From Octopus bimaculoides (Eukaryota): 64,000 nucleotides of DNA. The position numbers and the translations under genes are program-made. Where the stretch lies: contig NC_068991.1 of NCBI RefSeq assembly GCF_001194135.2, positions 54,528,476-54,592,475 of the forward strand, written 5' to 3'. The notes beneath the pieces were generated by a model. The model was not told where the DNA came from and searched no databases. It was given only the letters and a program-made list of their open reading frames with translations. Shown here in pieces: positions 24,791 to 36,384 of the stretch (the first letter of the stretch is position 1; every line of letters starts with the position of its first letter).

Positions 24791-26255
24791 TTGCACAAAA
24801 AAAACTAGGCACTTGATAATTTTAATCAAACTGCCCTTATATTCACCTTCCTGCAACTTAAGAAAACACCTCAACACATCGTTGCTGCCATCTTCATTCT
24901 CTTTTCCAACAGGGGTAGAATGTATCTCTCCTGCAGCAAAACACCTGTACCTTCGTCTCTATCATACTTTAACTTCTCATCACCTGGTATAAAGCCCCCT
25001 CCCCCTATACTACTCCTCAGTTATTGGAAACCTCATCGGTGTTGGTGTCATGTAGACAAAAATACCCAGTCCACTCTGTAAAGTGGTTGGAATTGGGAAG
25101 GGCATCCAAATGCAGAAACTATACCAAAGCAGATATTTGAGCTTGGAGCCATCCTCTGACTCATTGGCTCCTGTCAAACCATCTAGTCTTTACCAGAATG
25201 GAAAACAGACATTCAATGATGATGATGATGATAAAGCTAATTTTGTGCAGTGGTTTATTACGCATGTTTTCTTCAACAATCCAATCCAGCATATGCTGCT
25301 TTTTAGATATTTACATGTTAAATACTTATGAAAATTACCAAAAACAGCAAGACCTTATATAATGAAATTATATTGAACCTTGACTCATTATCAGTCTACT
25401 TAGTGATAACACAATATTCTCATATTTTAATCCAAAGACAAATTACTTTGAAAATTTTTTGTTCCAAGTTTGAATATTTTATTTTCCATAGAAGATCCAA
25501 ACCCTTTTACACTCAATGCCTTCTATAGCAGCTCTTGATATTTGCCATCTCCTTGTCAGCTTAGAACATACTCAGATGAGTACTCTTGGCCAGGTTAAGT
25601 ACTGCCTCAAGCAGTAGTGTAGCTAGAGTGTGTGTCACCCAGATAGCCCTTCAGTTTGGGCACAAAAAATACATATTGCCTACAGCAGACTCAAAAGTGG
25701 TGCCATTCCCAGAAAAGCATCACCCAGAGTGGACCGCCCACTCCACCCTATCTAGCTATGCTAGTGGTCTCAAGTCCTAGGACTCATTGGGTCAGTTATT
25801 CAGTTTCCATGGTGTATAAATGACTGAGATCACAATATTTCCCCCTGGATAGGATGTCAATTCATCGCAGAGTTACTCTCTTATGGCTGAGTGGACAGAA
25901 GCAGCATAAAGTGAAGTATTTTGCTCAAGAACACAACACCAACTAGTCTAGGAACCAAAACCAAGATTTTGCAATCATGCATACAACACTGTAACCACTA
26001 GATCCTGCACCCTAAACACTAGGTCATGCACTGTCACTCCAGGTATAGAATCATTGCTTTAAAGTACTCAACACTATCATGAAATAAAATTAATGTGAAT
26101 ATAACAATTACATGTGTTTTAAATGGTTATCAAGATTTTTCGACAATGTTATGGTTAGTATGTCTGAAGAAATTGTCAAGCCAGTTCTTATAAAACTGAA
26201 ACTTCAAAGTTCTATTTCTTATAATGGAATGTTCTTTTTATTTTGATTTTCATAG

Positions 26256-27033
26256 CACTTCATCATGACTATGCTGGTGACGAATCTCTGTCTGATGCTG
26301 ATCAAAGAAGAACATCCTTTTTGAGGAACAAAAATGCCCACCATTCTTTAGATGAACCAACTCTGCATGATTCTAGTCTTCCCGGCATGAAGACTGCAGC
26401 GAGTGAGTCTCATTTGGTCGACAGCTATTTAGGAATTGATAATGAGAGAAAGAAATCTACTTCCAAACTTTCTCTTTTGGCTGAAAAACTCAGTGATCCA
26501 AAGGCCAGCAAAGCAGCTAAAAATTCCAAGTCACCATTCGCAACACTGTTTCGAAGATCAAAATCCAGGGAACCTTCTCCAACTCCTCGAGATATGAAAT
26601 CTAAAACACTCGATTCATTGAAGCCTGGCAAACTTGGCAGGTCTCAACGCTCCAACAGATCTATAGCTGGTTCTCAGAATATTCAAAAGGGTAATGTGGA
26701 AGGTGGCAGCCCTGCAATTAATATCGAAGGTCCTGATGGATTGATTCCATATGAGTTTCAGGATGTCAAAGATATACACCATGGATTCAGCAATGTCTCT
26801 ATGGGTTCCGACTATGAAATGTCCGAGGCTGAAATTGCTGAAATGAATGCCTTGACTGAAACTATGCATGAATATTACTATTCTGTACGCATCTTCCCTG
26901 GGCAGGACCCCAATCAGCTATATGTTGGTTGGGTGACCCCTGGCTTTCACATGGGAGGCAGGTCCTTCGATATGAAGAAGATCAGGAATGTCATCATCTC
27001 AACCCAAGATGTAGAATATAAATACAGACAAAG
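26256..27033 (+). CDS. RyR: RyR exon: Ser/Lys/Arg-rich DR2 linker running into SPRY3 (phase 1-2)
   Basis: catAG acceptor, AG/GTAATC donor; encodes HEYYYSVRIFPGQDPNQLYVGWVTPGF. Confidence 0.95.
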
Positions 27034-27674
27034 GTAATCCTATTTTTACTTTTATTACTAGTGTTGCTATTATTTATACCATAAGTAGCATACAAGGTAC
27101 TGATACAGATTTTTATAATTTATGAAGTATCTGGTACTAAATAACAAAATATTTGAATATTTTTTAAATGCAAAATATTTTTATCAATAATTATATAATG
27201 TATATTATTTGATTTTAAAAATATCATTCATCAAATATTCAGCATATTGTCTAAATTACTTTAATTACACTAACATCTGACCATTTGTGGTGATTATCTC
27301 TTTTAAGACCTAAATAACTACATCGTTCATCATAGCATTAGAATAAGGGAAATAAATATGTTTATGAATTTGTTTCGAAAGATTCCTGGTGTGAAACTAT
27401 GTGTTGAAACAGATATTGTTATATTTCAGGATGGTCATATTTTTTTTCCTTGCCAAATATTTGGCAAGAAAAAAATTTTGGAAAATGACCATCCTGAAAT
27501 ATAACAATAGAAAATAAATACATTTACTTTTTATATCCCATCCACACAAGCATGAGAAAACAGATGTGAAGATGACTGTAATAATGATGATCATGTTAGT
27601 AATGATGGTGGTGGTGGTGGTGGTGGTGATGGTGGTTGTGATGATGGTTAATGTTTTATGTTCTTTCATTCCAG

Positions 27675-27855
27675 TGTAAGCCGCAAAAACTGTTATATGG
27701 TATGTGCAGGTGTATTACAACAGCGTTATGGTGGAACTCATGAAGAATCAAGCAAAAAATCCTCACCAGGTCTTGTTATTGGCTGCTACATTGATACAGC
27801 CACAGGAATATTAAGTTTTAGTGTTAATGGAAAGGAGGTGGCAAATAAATACCAG
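27675..27855 (+). CDS. RyR: RyR exon, SPRY3 (phase 2-0)
   Basis: ccAG acceptor, GTAATC donor; encodes RKNCYMVCAG...GLVIGCYIDTATGILSFSVNGKEVANKYQ. Confidence 0.96.
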
Positions 27856-28618
27856 GTAATCGTTCAAATTTTTTGTGTTTGTTTTTCTTACAAGTTTTCA
27901 TTTTGTTGTAATATGTTTTTATTACATTAATCTGTAGGAGCAGATTGTTGCAACCTATTTCCCTCTCTAATGCCATTCTTTAAAATCTGGTAAAAATCTA
28001 GAATTCAATGAAATTAGTGCTGATCTATATTGGTAAATATTGGTTTTACATTTTGACACAAGGCCAACAATTTCTGGTGGTGGAGATAAGTTGATTACAT
28101 AGACCCCAGTGCTCAGCTGGTATTTATTTTATTGACCCTGAAGGGATGAAATACGAAGTGAATCACAGCAGTATTTGAACTCGGAGCCTAAAGTTGGAAG
28201 AAATGCCACTAAGTATTTTGTCTGATATGGTAACAATTCTGCCAGCTCACCAGTAAATATTAATACATAAGAGAGTTATAAGAAGGTTTCACTGAGATGA
28301 TTTGCTGTGAGGAATGAAAGAGTTTCTTTAAGATGGAGATCAGCTGCAGATTCTTCTCTACATAAATACAACCTAGAATGAAAAATGGATGTTAAATGAT
28401 GATGATGTGTGTGTATGTATATAGTTCAAAAAAACAATAACAAAAAAACAAAAAAACAACAAAGTGAGGACGTGATATGGATAGTATTATTGGACGCTGA
28501 GGAAAGGAAAGAGAGAGTGTATGACGTTTTGGGCGTAGCCCTTCGTCGGAAAGATGGAAAGTTCGGAGAATGGAAGAACGGAGAAAGAGGAAAATGGTAC
28601 CGATGCCCACGAGGTTAC

Positions 28619-28649
28619 ATAGATAGATAGATAGATAGATAGATGGATG

Positions 28650-28728
<79 letters not shown>

Positions 28729-28735
28729 GGATGGA
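28619..28735. repeat. (GATA)n microsatellite
   Basis: Read directly from the sequence. Confidence 0.97.
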
Positions 28736-29442
28736 TGTATGGATATAGTGAAGGTGATGGCTTAGTGGTTAGAGTGTTGGGCTCACAATCATAAAGTAGT
28801 GAGTTCAATTCCCAGACCAGGCTATGTGTTGTGTTCTTGAGCAAGACACTTTATTTTCACATTGCTCCAGTTCACTCAGCTGTAGAAATGAGTCGTGATG
28901 TCACTGGTGCCAAGCTGTATTGGCCTTTGTCTTTCCTTTGAATAACATTGGTGGCATGGAGAGGGGAGGCTGATATGCATGGATGACTGCTGGTCTTCCA
29001 TAAACAATCTTGCCTGGGTTTGTGCCTCAAGGGGGAACTTTCCAGGTGCAATCCCATGGTCATTCATGACCGAAGTGGGGTTTACTTTTTATATATAAGA
29101 AGGGAGAAAGAGATAGATTTCCTCCTCTCATTACCCTATTACGTTTACACACTCCCTAGCTTTCAAGCATCTACCATTGACAAAACCAAGGAAGGTCGAA
29201 ATCACATGATCTGATAGTCCTGGTGGTGATGGCAGATGATTATCTCCCTCTAGCAATATAAACACAAGTGATTATATGCGCCACAAGTCCATATGAGAGA
29301 TTCTCTCATGGTAACTATCAGAGTATTCCATGTTCTAACACAACATCCACTTTTACGTAGGGATAAATATTACCTTCTTTATATTTAGCATATGATGTTA
29401 CAATTATTACATGATATTAAATCTATTATGTCTTTATTTCAG

Positions 29443-29529
29443 GTTGAACCTGGAACCAAACTTTTTCCAGCTGTAATTTTTGAACCAACAATCAAAGAAA
29501 TGTTCCAGTTTGAATTAGGACGGACAAAA
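29443..29529 (+). CDS. RyR: RyR exon, end of SPRY3 (phase 0-0)
   Basis: tttcAG acceptor, GTAAGA donor; encodes VEPGTKLFPAVIFEPTIKEMFQFELGRTK. Confidence 0.96.
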
Positions 29530-31076
29530 GTAAGAAGTTTTAACATGCATTTATTTTATGTATATTTTTACCTTTTATTTGCTTCAGCCCATAAGCTCTG
29601 GTCATGCTGGGGCACTGCCATTGATATTTATCATGTTCATTTATGTCTTGAAAAGTTATTTCCTTTCTTTGAGTATCTTCAATTTCTTGATGAGGTCAAA
29701 TTTACATTTTATTATTCTGAGGTTGATGAAATAACTGGCACTCTGTTGGTTATGATGACAAGGTTTCCAGTTTATACAATCAATGGAACAGCCTGCTCTT
29801 GAGATTAATGTGGAGGTGGCTAACCACTCCACAGTGTAAAATTAATATAGTTCTCAGGGAGATTCAGCATGACACAGAATGTGATAAAACTGGACCTTTG
29901 AATTACAGGTACAACTTATTTTTCCCAGTTGAGTGCACTAGAGTAATATGAAATAAAGTGTCTTGCTCAAAGACATAATGCACCACTGAGAATTGAACTC
30001 ACAACCTTACGATCATGAGCCAAATACCCTAATCAGTAGACCAAGTGCCTTCACATGATTGATGGAAGAAAGAAACTGTAAAGTACAGTTTAATAATCCT
30101 ATTATGCATCTTAAATCCAAATGGAATTATTTTACAAGTATTGAAATATATTTGGTCAAGGGTCTTACTATTTCTACCTGTCTATCACCTTAAAACAAAT
30201 TATATGATGAAAGTGTTGCAAATGAAGGACTTAGTATTATATGCATAAACAGATGCAGGCATGGCTATGGTTAAAAGATTGCTTGCCATCCAGTTGGCAT
30301 CAGGTTCAGTCCCACTGTGTAACACCTTGGGTAATTGTCTTCTACTATAGCCTCAAGCCTTGTGAGTGAACTTGGTAGGTGGAATCTAAAAGTCTGTCAT
30401 GTGTATATGTGTGTGTCAAAGTGTTCATGTATCCTTGTCTGTGGTTCAGATAGAGAAGGTAACAGATATAAGAGTGTCAAGATTTATATAACTGTGCAAC
30501 TAAGATTTAGAAGCTCACTTTGCAACCACGTGGTTTTTGGTTCAGTCCCATTGCACAGCACCTTGGGTAAATTTCCTCTACAATATCTCCATGTCAAGCA
30601 ATGCCTTGTGAGCAAACATGTTAGAAGGAAACTGTGTGGAATCCCATCATATGTGTGTGCATGTGTCTTTATGTCTGTGCTTGTCTCAGCCACTACAACT
30701 TGACAACTGTTGTCAGTTCGTTTACATGCCTGTGACTTAGCAGTATGGCAAAAGTGACCAATAGAATACACACCAAATTTTTTTTAAATAAGTACTGGCA
30801 TTGATTTGTTCAACTAAATATCCGCCAAGGCAGAGGCCCAGCACGGTCACAGTCCCATGTCTGAAAAAAAAAAGGTAAAAGAGTAATAAATTTAATCTGT
30901 CAAATTTACAGCTTCCTTTAATGAAGTCTTAAAGAAATGGATGAAGGACTTTGGATCTGAGTTCAAGTCAAATACAAGCAAAAAATAAATAGCCCTGCCA
31001 AAAATAAAAGCAAATGTTAAAAAATAATAGCAAATGTAAATAGTGGATTTCATTGAATATAATTTTTCTATTTCAG

Positions 31077-31263
31077 AATACTTTGCCCTTATCTGCTGCC
31101 CTGTTCCGTGGCCCTAAATCTATCCAACCTGCCTGTCCACCACGCTTAGATTTACAAGTAATAAAACCTTCACATTGGGCAAGAGTCCCAAATACATCCC
31201 TCAAATCACATTCTATAAAGATGTCAGAAGTACGAGGCTGGAGTTTGGTATGTGACGAACCAG
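31077..31263 (+). CDS. RyR: RyR exon (phase 0-1)
   Basis: tttcAG acceptor, GTCAGT donor; encodes NTLPLSAALF...ACPPRLDLQVIKPSHWARVP...GWSLVCDEP. Confidence 0.96.
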
Positions 31264-31483
31264 GTCAGTCAATTATATGTATTTATTATGTTTATTATTA
31301 TTATTATCATTTCATCTGTCCTAATGTTCTGAGTTCAAATTCCACCAAGGTTGACTTTGCCTTTCATCCTTTCGGTGTTGATAAATTAAGTACAAGTGAA
31401 ACACTGGGATTGATGTAATCGACTAGTCCCCTCCCGCCAAATTTCAGGCCTTGTGCCTTTAGTCGAAAGGATTATTATTATTA

Positions 31484-31550
<67 letters not shown>

Positions 31551-32622
31551 CATCATCATTATTATTATTATTGAATAAGGTGGTGAGCTAGCATAATCGT
31601 TACCATGCCAGGCAAAATGCTTAGTGACATTTTGTCCATCTCTACGTGCTAAGTTCAAATTCCGCCAAGGTCAACTATGCCTTTTGTTCTTTCAGGGTCA
31701 ATAAAATAAACACCAGTTGAACACTGGGATCAATGTAATTGGCTTGTCTCCTCCCCCAAACCTACTGGCCTTGTACCAAAATTTGAAACCATTATTACTA
31801 TTATAGAATGAGTGAGCAGCGCATGCTATTAAAGTGATACTGGGGTATATATATATGAAGTCCAATATAACCATCTTGACTACCCATCTGATAAGGATAT
31901 AGTAGGCACATGCATCACAACCATGTATGCATAACATGATGACCTCATATCAAGAGAAAAAAAACATGACCTTGCTAATGGGGCCCAGTTAGAATTCTTT
32001 TCAGGCTGAGTAGCCCATCCTGCTCAAAACGTCCCTGAATAAAGTTTGTTTAAGGATGATGAACAAAACACCCATTTTTCCTGAGGTGAATTATTCAAAC
32101 CCCAAATAATCCCTCTCAACACACAGCTATGATGCTGTCTCACTACTCCTGCTAGTGATCAGAGGTGCACATATTGTAAACTACTAAGTGCCATGATCAA
32201 CTGGTTATGGTCAAGTGACTGACAAAGCAAACCTGCAATATCAAGCAGAATATTTGCTGTAACCCATTTTTTTATACCAAGACAAAACTTTTATAATTTA
32301 TTGGGCATGCTCTGCCCTCATGACAATTCTAAATTAAAAAACAAATAAAATTATTATTATTATTGTTGTTGTCATCGTCGTCGTCATTGTTGTTGTTGAA
32401 ATATTTCATTTACAACACATTGGTTGAAAATTAAATAATAATTTAATTCTAAGTTGTAAACCTATGATTAATAGAAATAGTCAGGAAAATTAACAACAAT
32501 TTTGAAAGTAATTTTTCTTCTCAACTTTTTGATAGTTTTTACTATTCCTGTTTTAAAATTTAACATGAAAATCACATTGCTATTTAATGCCTAATTGAGA
32601 TAATTACAATCTATTGTTTCAG

Positions 32623-32704
32623 TTTCTATGATGGCTGTTTACATACCAGAAGAAGATAGTTGTCTTGATGTGCTAGAACTTATAGAACATCCATTATTAC
32701 TGAA
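32623..32704 (+). CDS. RyR: RyR exon (phase 1-2), not in ORF track
   Basis: tttcAG acceptor, GTAATT donor; encodes VSMMAVYIPEEDSCLDVLELIEHPLLL. It fills the phase gap between the exons ending at 31263 and starting at 33890. Confidence 0.95.
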
Positions 32705-33172
32705 GTAATTCATTTTTATTTGTTTTTTTTTATATTGGATATAAGCAGTGTTTTGTTAAATATTTGTATAAATCAGGTAGATATCAGAAAAAAAAACTGA
32801 AAGGGAAAGGAGTTATGTTATTTAGAATGATTGGGCAATGAGCTGGTGGAATCATGCAAGACAAAATGTTTAGCAGCATTTCTTCTGATTCTTTATGTTC
32901 TGTGCTCAAAGCCTGCTAAGGTCAACTTTGCTTTCATCCTTTGGATGGATTGATGTGGGTCAAATAAATACCAGTCTAGTACTGGGGTCAATGTAATCAA
33001 TTTGCCTAATTCTTTCTAAATTGCTGGGCTTGTGCCAAATTCAGAAAGAATTATTTAGATCAGTGTTTTGCAAAGGGAATACCATGACAAAATTTAATTA
33101 AAATTTATTTCATAAAAGATTGTTCATCATTTTCAAATTTGAGATGAAATATCTTGTAAGTTACTCAATCAC

Positions 33173-33530
33173 CCTGCCATGTAAAATGCACCAATGCTGG
33201 TGCCATGTAAAAAGTACTGGTGCTGGTGCCACATAAAATGCACTAGTGCTGGCATCTCCTAAAAAGCACTGGCGATGGTGCCACATAGAAAGCATGGATG
33301 ATGGTGCCACAAAAAAAGCACTGGTGATGATGCCATGGAAAAAGCACCAGTGCTGATACTACATAAAGAACACTGGTTCTGTTGCACATAGAAAAGCACT
33401 GGTTCTGGTTCCACATACAAGGCACTGTTGCTGGTACCACATAAAAAACACTGGTGCTGGTGTCACATTAAAAGCACCAGTGCTGGTGCCACATAGAAAA
33501 GCACTGGTGCTGGTGCCACATAAAAAGTAC
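33173..33530. repeat. About 14 diverged copies of a 26-bp unit (ctggtgccacataaaaagcactggtg)
   Basis: Units counted by eye; array abuts a family D element. Confidence 0.9.
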
Positions 33531-33889
33531 ACAATACACTCTGTAAAGTGGTTGACATTAAGAAGGGCATCCAACTGTAGAAAGCATGCTAAAACAGACA
33601 ATGGAGTTAAGTGGCCTTACCAACCCCTGTTAAACTGTTCAACTCATGTCAGCATGGAAAATGGACATTAAATGGTGATGATGATGATGATGATGATGTT
33701 GATGCTACAAATGAGGACTGCAGATTAGTTGGGCAGTGTGTAGAACAAACAATTAACTCTTGGATGAGATGAGAGTGAAATGAAAGTTGGTAACCAATAG
33801 TCAGCTAGCAAAAGCTGCAATATTTTTTTAACCTGTCTGTCTTTTATCTTAATATGCTAATAAAAAGTGTTTCTTATTCTTTTTCACAG

Positions 33890-34011
33890 CTTTCATGCAC
33901 GAACACTGGATTTGTACCAAGCAGTCTGTTCTCATGGCAATCACCGAGTTGCCCATGCACTCACCAGACACATTGATGAGAAACAATTATACTATTGTAT
34001 TGAAAGTGAAT
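33890..34011 (+). CDS. RyR: RyR exon, junctional solenoid (phase 2-1)
   Basis: tttcacAG acceptor, GTAAGT donor; encodes FHARTLDLYQAVCSHGNHRVAHALTRHIDEKQLYYCIESE. Confidence 0.96.
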
Positions 34012-34169
34012 GTAAGTTGAATCACTTTTTGCTATTATTAGGATGCAGCATAGTGGCAGGGAGGGTTCATGATTTGAAAAAAATAATATAATACTAAACT
34101 AAATTACCCTTCTATATTTGAGTTTAAATCTTGCATTATTTCAGTCAGCACAAGCATTATACTTACTTT

Positions 34170-34800
34170 AGGTGTGCCATGTCCAGAATGTCGGACATAA
34201 GTCACAGTTCTCTGATATTTGTTTTCTGTAACAGTTCCACTTCCTGATGTTTAATGCCTTTTCCAACCAACTCATCAGGCTTGACATCCATATCTTTTCT
34301 CTGCTTCTTTTCTCTTCTATCTTTCTGGTCATCTCCAGGCTGTCTTTCCTCATCACATGACCAAGAAATGTCAGTCGCTTGGCCCTTATCTCACAAAACA
34401 GTTTCCTATTTACCACAGCCTGGATCATCACTTCTCCATTAGAGACTTTGTCTGTCAAAGAACTGCATTTCACAACTCTCCAAGTACCTTCTCATTCTTT
34501 ATGTTATTGATCATACCTCACTTCCATACATTAATACAGGGTAGACATAGCAGTCCAATATATGAATCTTGGTCATGATGCTCAGAGTACAGTTTCTCAA
34601 GATGTTATACAATTTAGAGAATGTGGATTTTGCCAACACTATTTGTTTTTTGATCTACTTCACACATTTTGTATCTTCTGAGATCAAAGTTCCAAGATAG
34701 TTGAATGATGATACTTGCTTACTGATTTGATTGTTCACTTTCAGCATGCATATATCTAGTATAATGCTTGTGTATTCAATTGTGGATTCAATTCAATTGT
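34170..34800 (-). mobile_element. Decayed RTE-clade LINE, reverse transcriptase C-terminal region
   Basis: Minus-strand frames give YVYPVLMYGSEV, LESCEM, RAKRLTFLGHVMRKDSLE and KIEEKRSRE, typical of RTE/BovB-like ORFs. Confidence 0.8.
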
Positions 34801-35079
34801 AGTAGCATTGGAGGAAGGAACAATCCACCCAGGTAACACTTTTATGGGGGTAGCACTTTTCATCAGCTACATATGTATATCTTTTCTTACTACTAGCCTT
34901 CCCACACCCATAGGTCTAATCAGATCTTGTCAAATCGTCCAACCCATACCAGCATGGAAAACAGACGTTACATTCCACTACCATCATTATGTCTTTCAGT
35001 TTCTTTTATTGGTTTTTACCATTTTAAGTTTTCACAAGAGTAATACATTGATTAAATAGTTTCTGGTGTGTGTGTGTGT

Positions 35080-35117
<38 letters not shown>

Positions 35118-35311
35118 GTGTGTGTGCGGTGTATGTGTGCACATATGTGTGTGTGTATGTGTGTTTCTGCATGCATGTGTATGTATTTACACGTGTGTGT
35201 ATCTGTATATATGTGTGAATCTGTATGTATGTGTTTGTACAAGAGTGAAGAATTTGTTTAAGCATTATGTTTACACAAATCTAAATACAACATTTCATTT
35301 TAATTAATTAG

Positions 35312-35387
35312 ATATGTCAGGTCCTTTAAGACATGGATTTCATGGTTTACTAATTTCTATGCACATGGAGTATCACAGTAAAGCCAG
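35312..35387 (+). CDS. RyR: RyR exon (phase 1-2), not in ORF track
   Basis: attAG acceptor, GTAAGA donor; encodes YMSGPLRHGFHGLLISMHMEYHSKAR. Confidence 0.94.
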
Positions 35388-35413
35388 GTAAGATTTTAGA
35401 AATCCTATTTTAA

Positions 35414-35641
35414 TTAACCCTTTAGCATTTAAACTGATCATAACCAGCTAAAATATTTTGCCTGTTTTATATTCAGACTGATCAGATCAAACCTCTCACA
35501 CCTACCTTACAATGTTACTCTAAAAATAAACAATCATGTCATTGAAATCTCAAAGCTACAAGTTAATGCATGATTAATTCAAAATGATATGAATAAATAA
35601 ACATTACATTTGATAGAGTATTTTGAATGCTAAAGAGATAA
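35414..35641. mobile_element. piggyBac-like MITE, copy 1
   Basis: Starts TTAA-CCCTTTAGCATT and ends AATGCTAAAGAGATAA (degenerate); colinear with copy 2. Confidence 0.75.
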
Positions 35642-35827
35642 AATAAACTTGAATTCATTTCACTTTATATAAGAATAAATTCACTCTAAAGTTTATGCAG
35701 AGGAAACCATAATAATGTTCATATAATTATCATGTTCATCCACTTGTTTAATAAAATTATAGTTTTCATTTTAAATTATTTACTTGATCTCAAATTATGA
35801 AACCTTACCCCTGTTCAGCTGATTGGT

Positions 35828-36060
35828 TTAACTCTTCTGCATTTAAACTGGCCATATCCAACCCAATGCAAATTTTCTACCTGTTTTATATTCAAACAGG
35901 TCAGATCTGGCCTCTCGCACCTACTCTACAGTGTCATTTCAAAAATATATAATCACATTGTCAGAACCTCAAAGCTACACAACAATGCATGATTAATTCA
36001 AAGCAATGTGACTAAATAAGCATTACATTTGACAGAGTAATCTGAATGCTTAAGGGTTAA
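35828..36060. mobile_element. piggyBac-like MITE, copy 2
   Basis: Starts TTAA-CTCTTCTGCATT and ends AATGCTTAAGGG-TTAA. TTAA target duplication and CCC/GGG termini are piggyBac hallmarks. Confidence 0.75.
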
Positions 36061-36207
36061 TAAAATAAGTCTTTACTTATTTTATCAATAAATAAGTCTT
36101 CTATTAATGAATAAGTTTTCACATATTTCACTTTATCTAAAATTATGCATTTTTTTCTTCTGATTTATTTCAAGTGATATATTAAAATTTTTTTATGAAT
36201 TTCCCAG

Positions 36208-36384
36208 GTTTATGACTCAGAATGAATACATCATACCCCGCAGTGAAAAAACCAGAGCCTTAACTTTATATCGTAAACCAGTCGAGGCAACTTCATTTAA
36301 ATTAAGTGATACTATACCAAAAGTGGAAGATAGTGTATCAATTCGTCCTTGCCTTTACACTACTGAGAAAGAAATTGAAGACAG
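36208..36384 (+). CDS. RyR: RyR exon (phase 2-2)
   Basis: ttcccAG acceptor, GTTTGT donor; encodes FMTQNEYIIPRSEKTRALTLY...SIRP. Confidence 0.93.

Noticed and set aside
26155-26215. CTGAAGA...GAAAC-ttcaaa-GTT near the exon acceptor
   Set aside because: No stem I or stem II pairing; likely chance.
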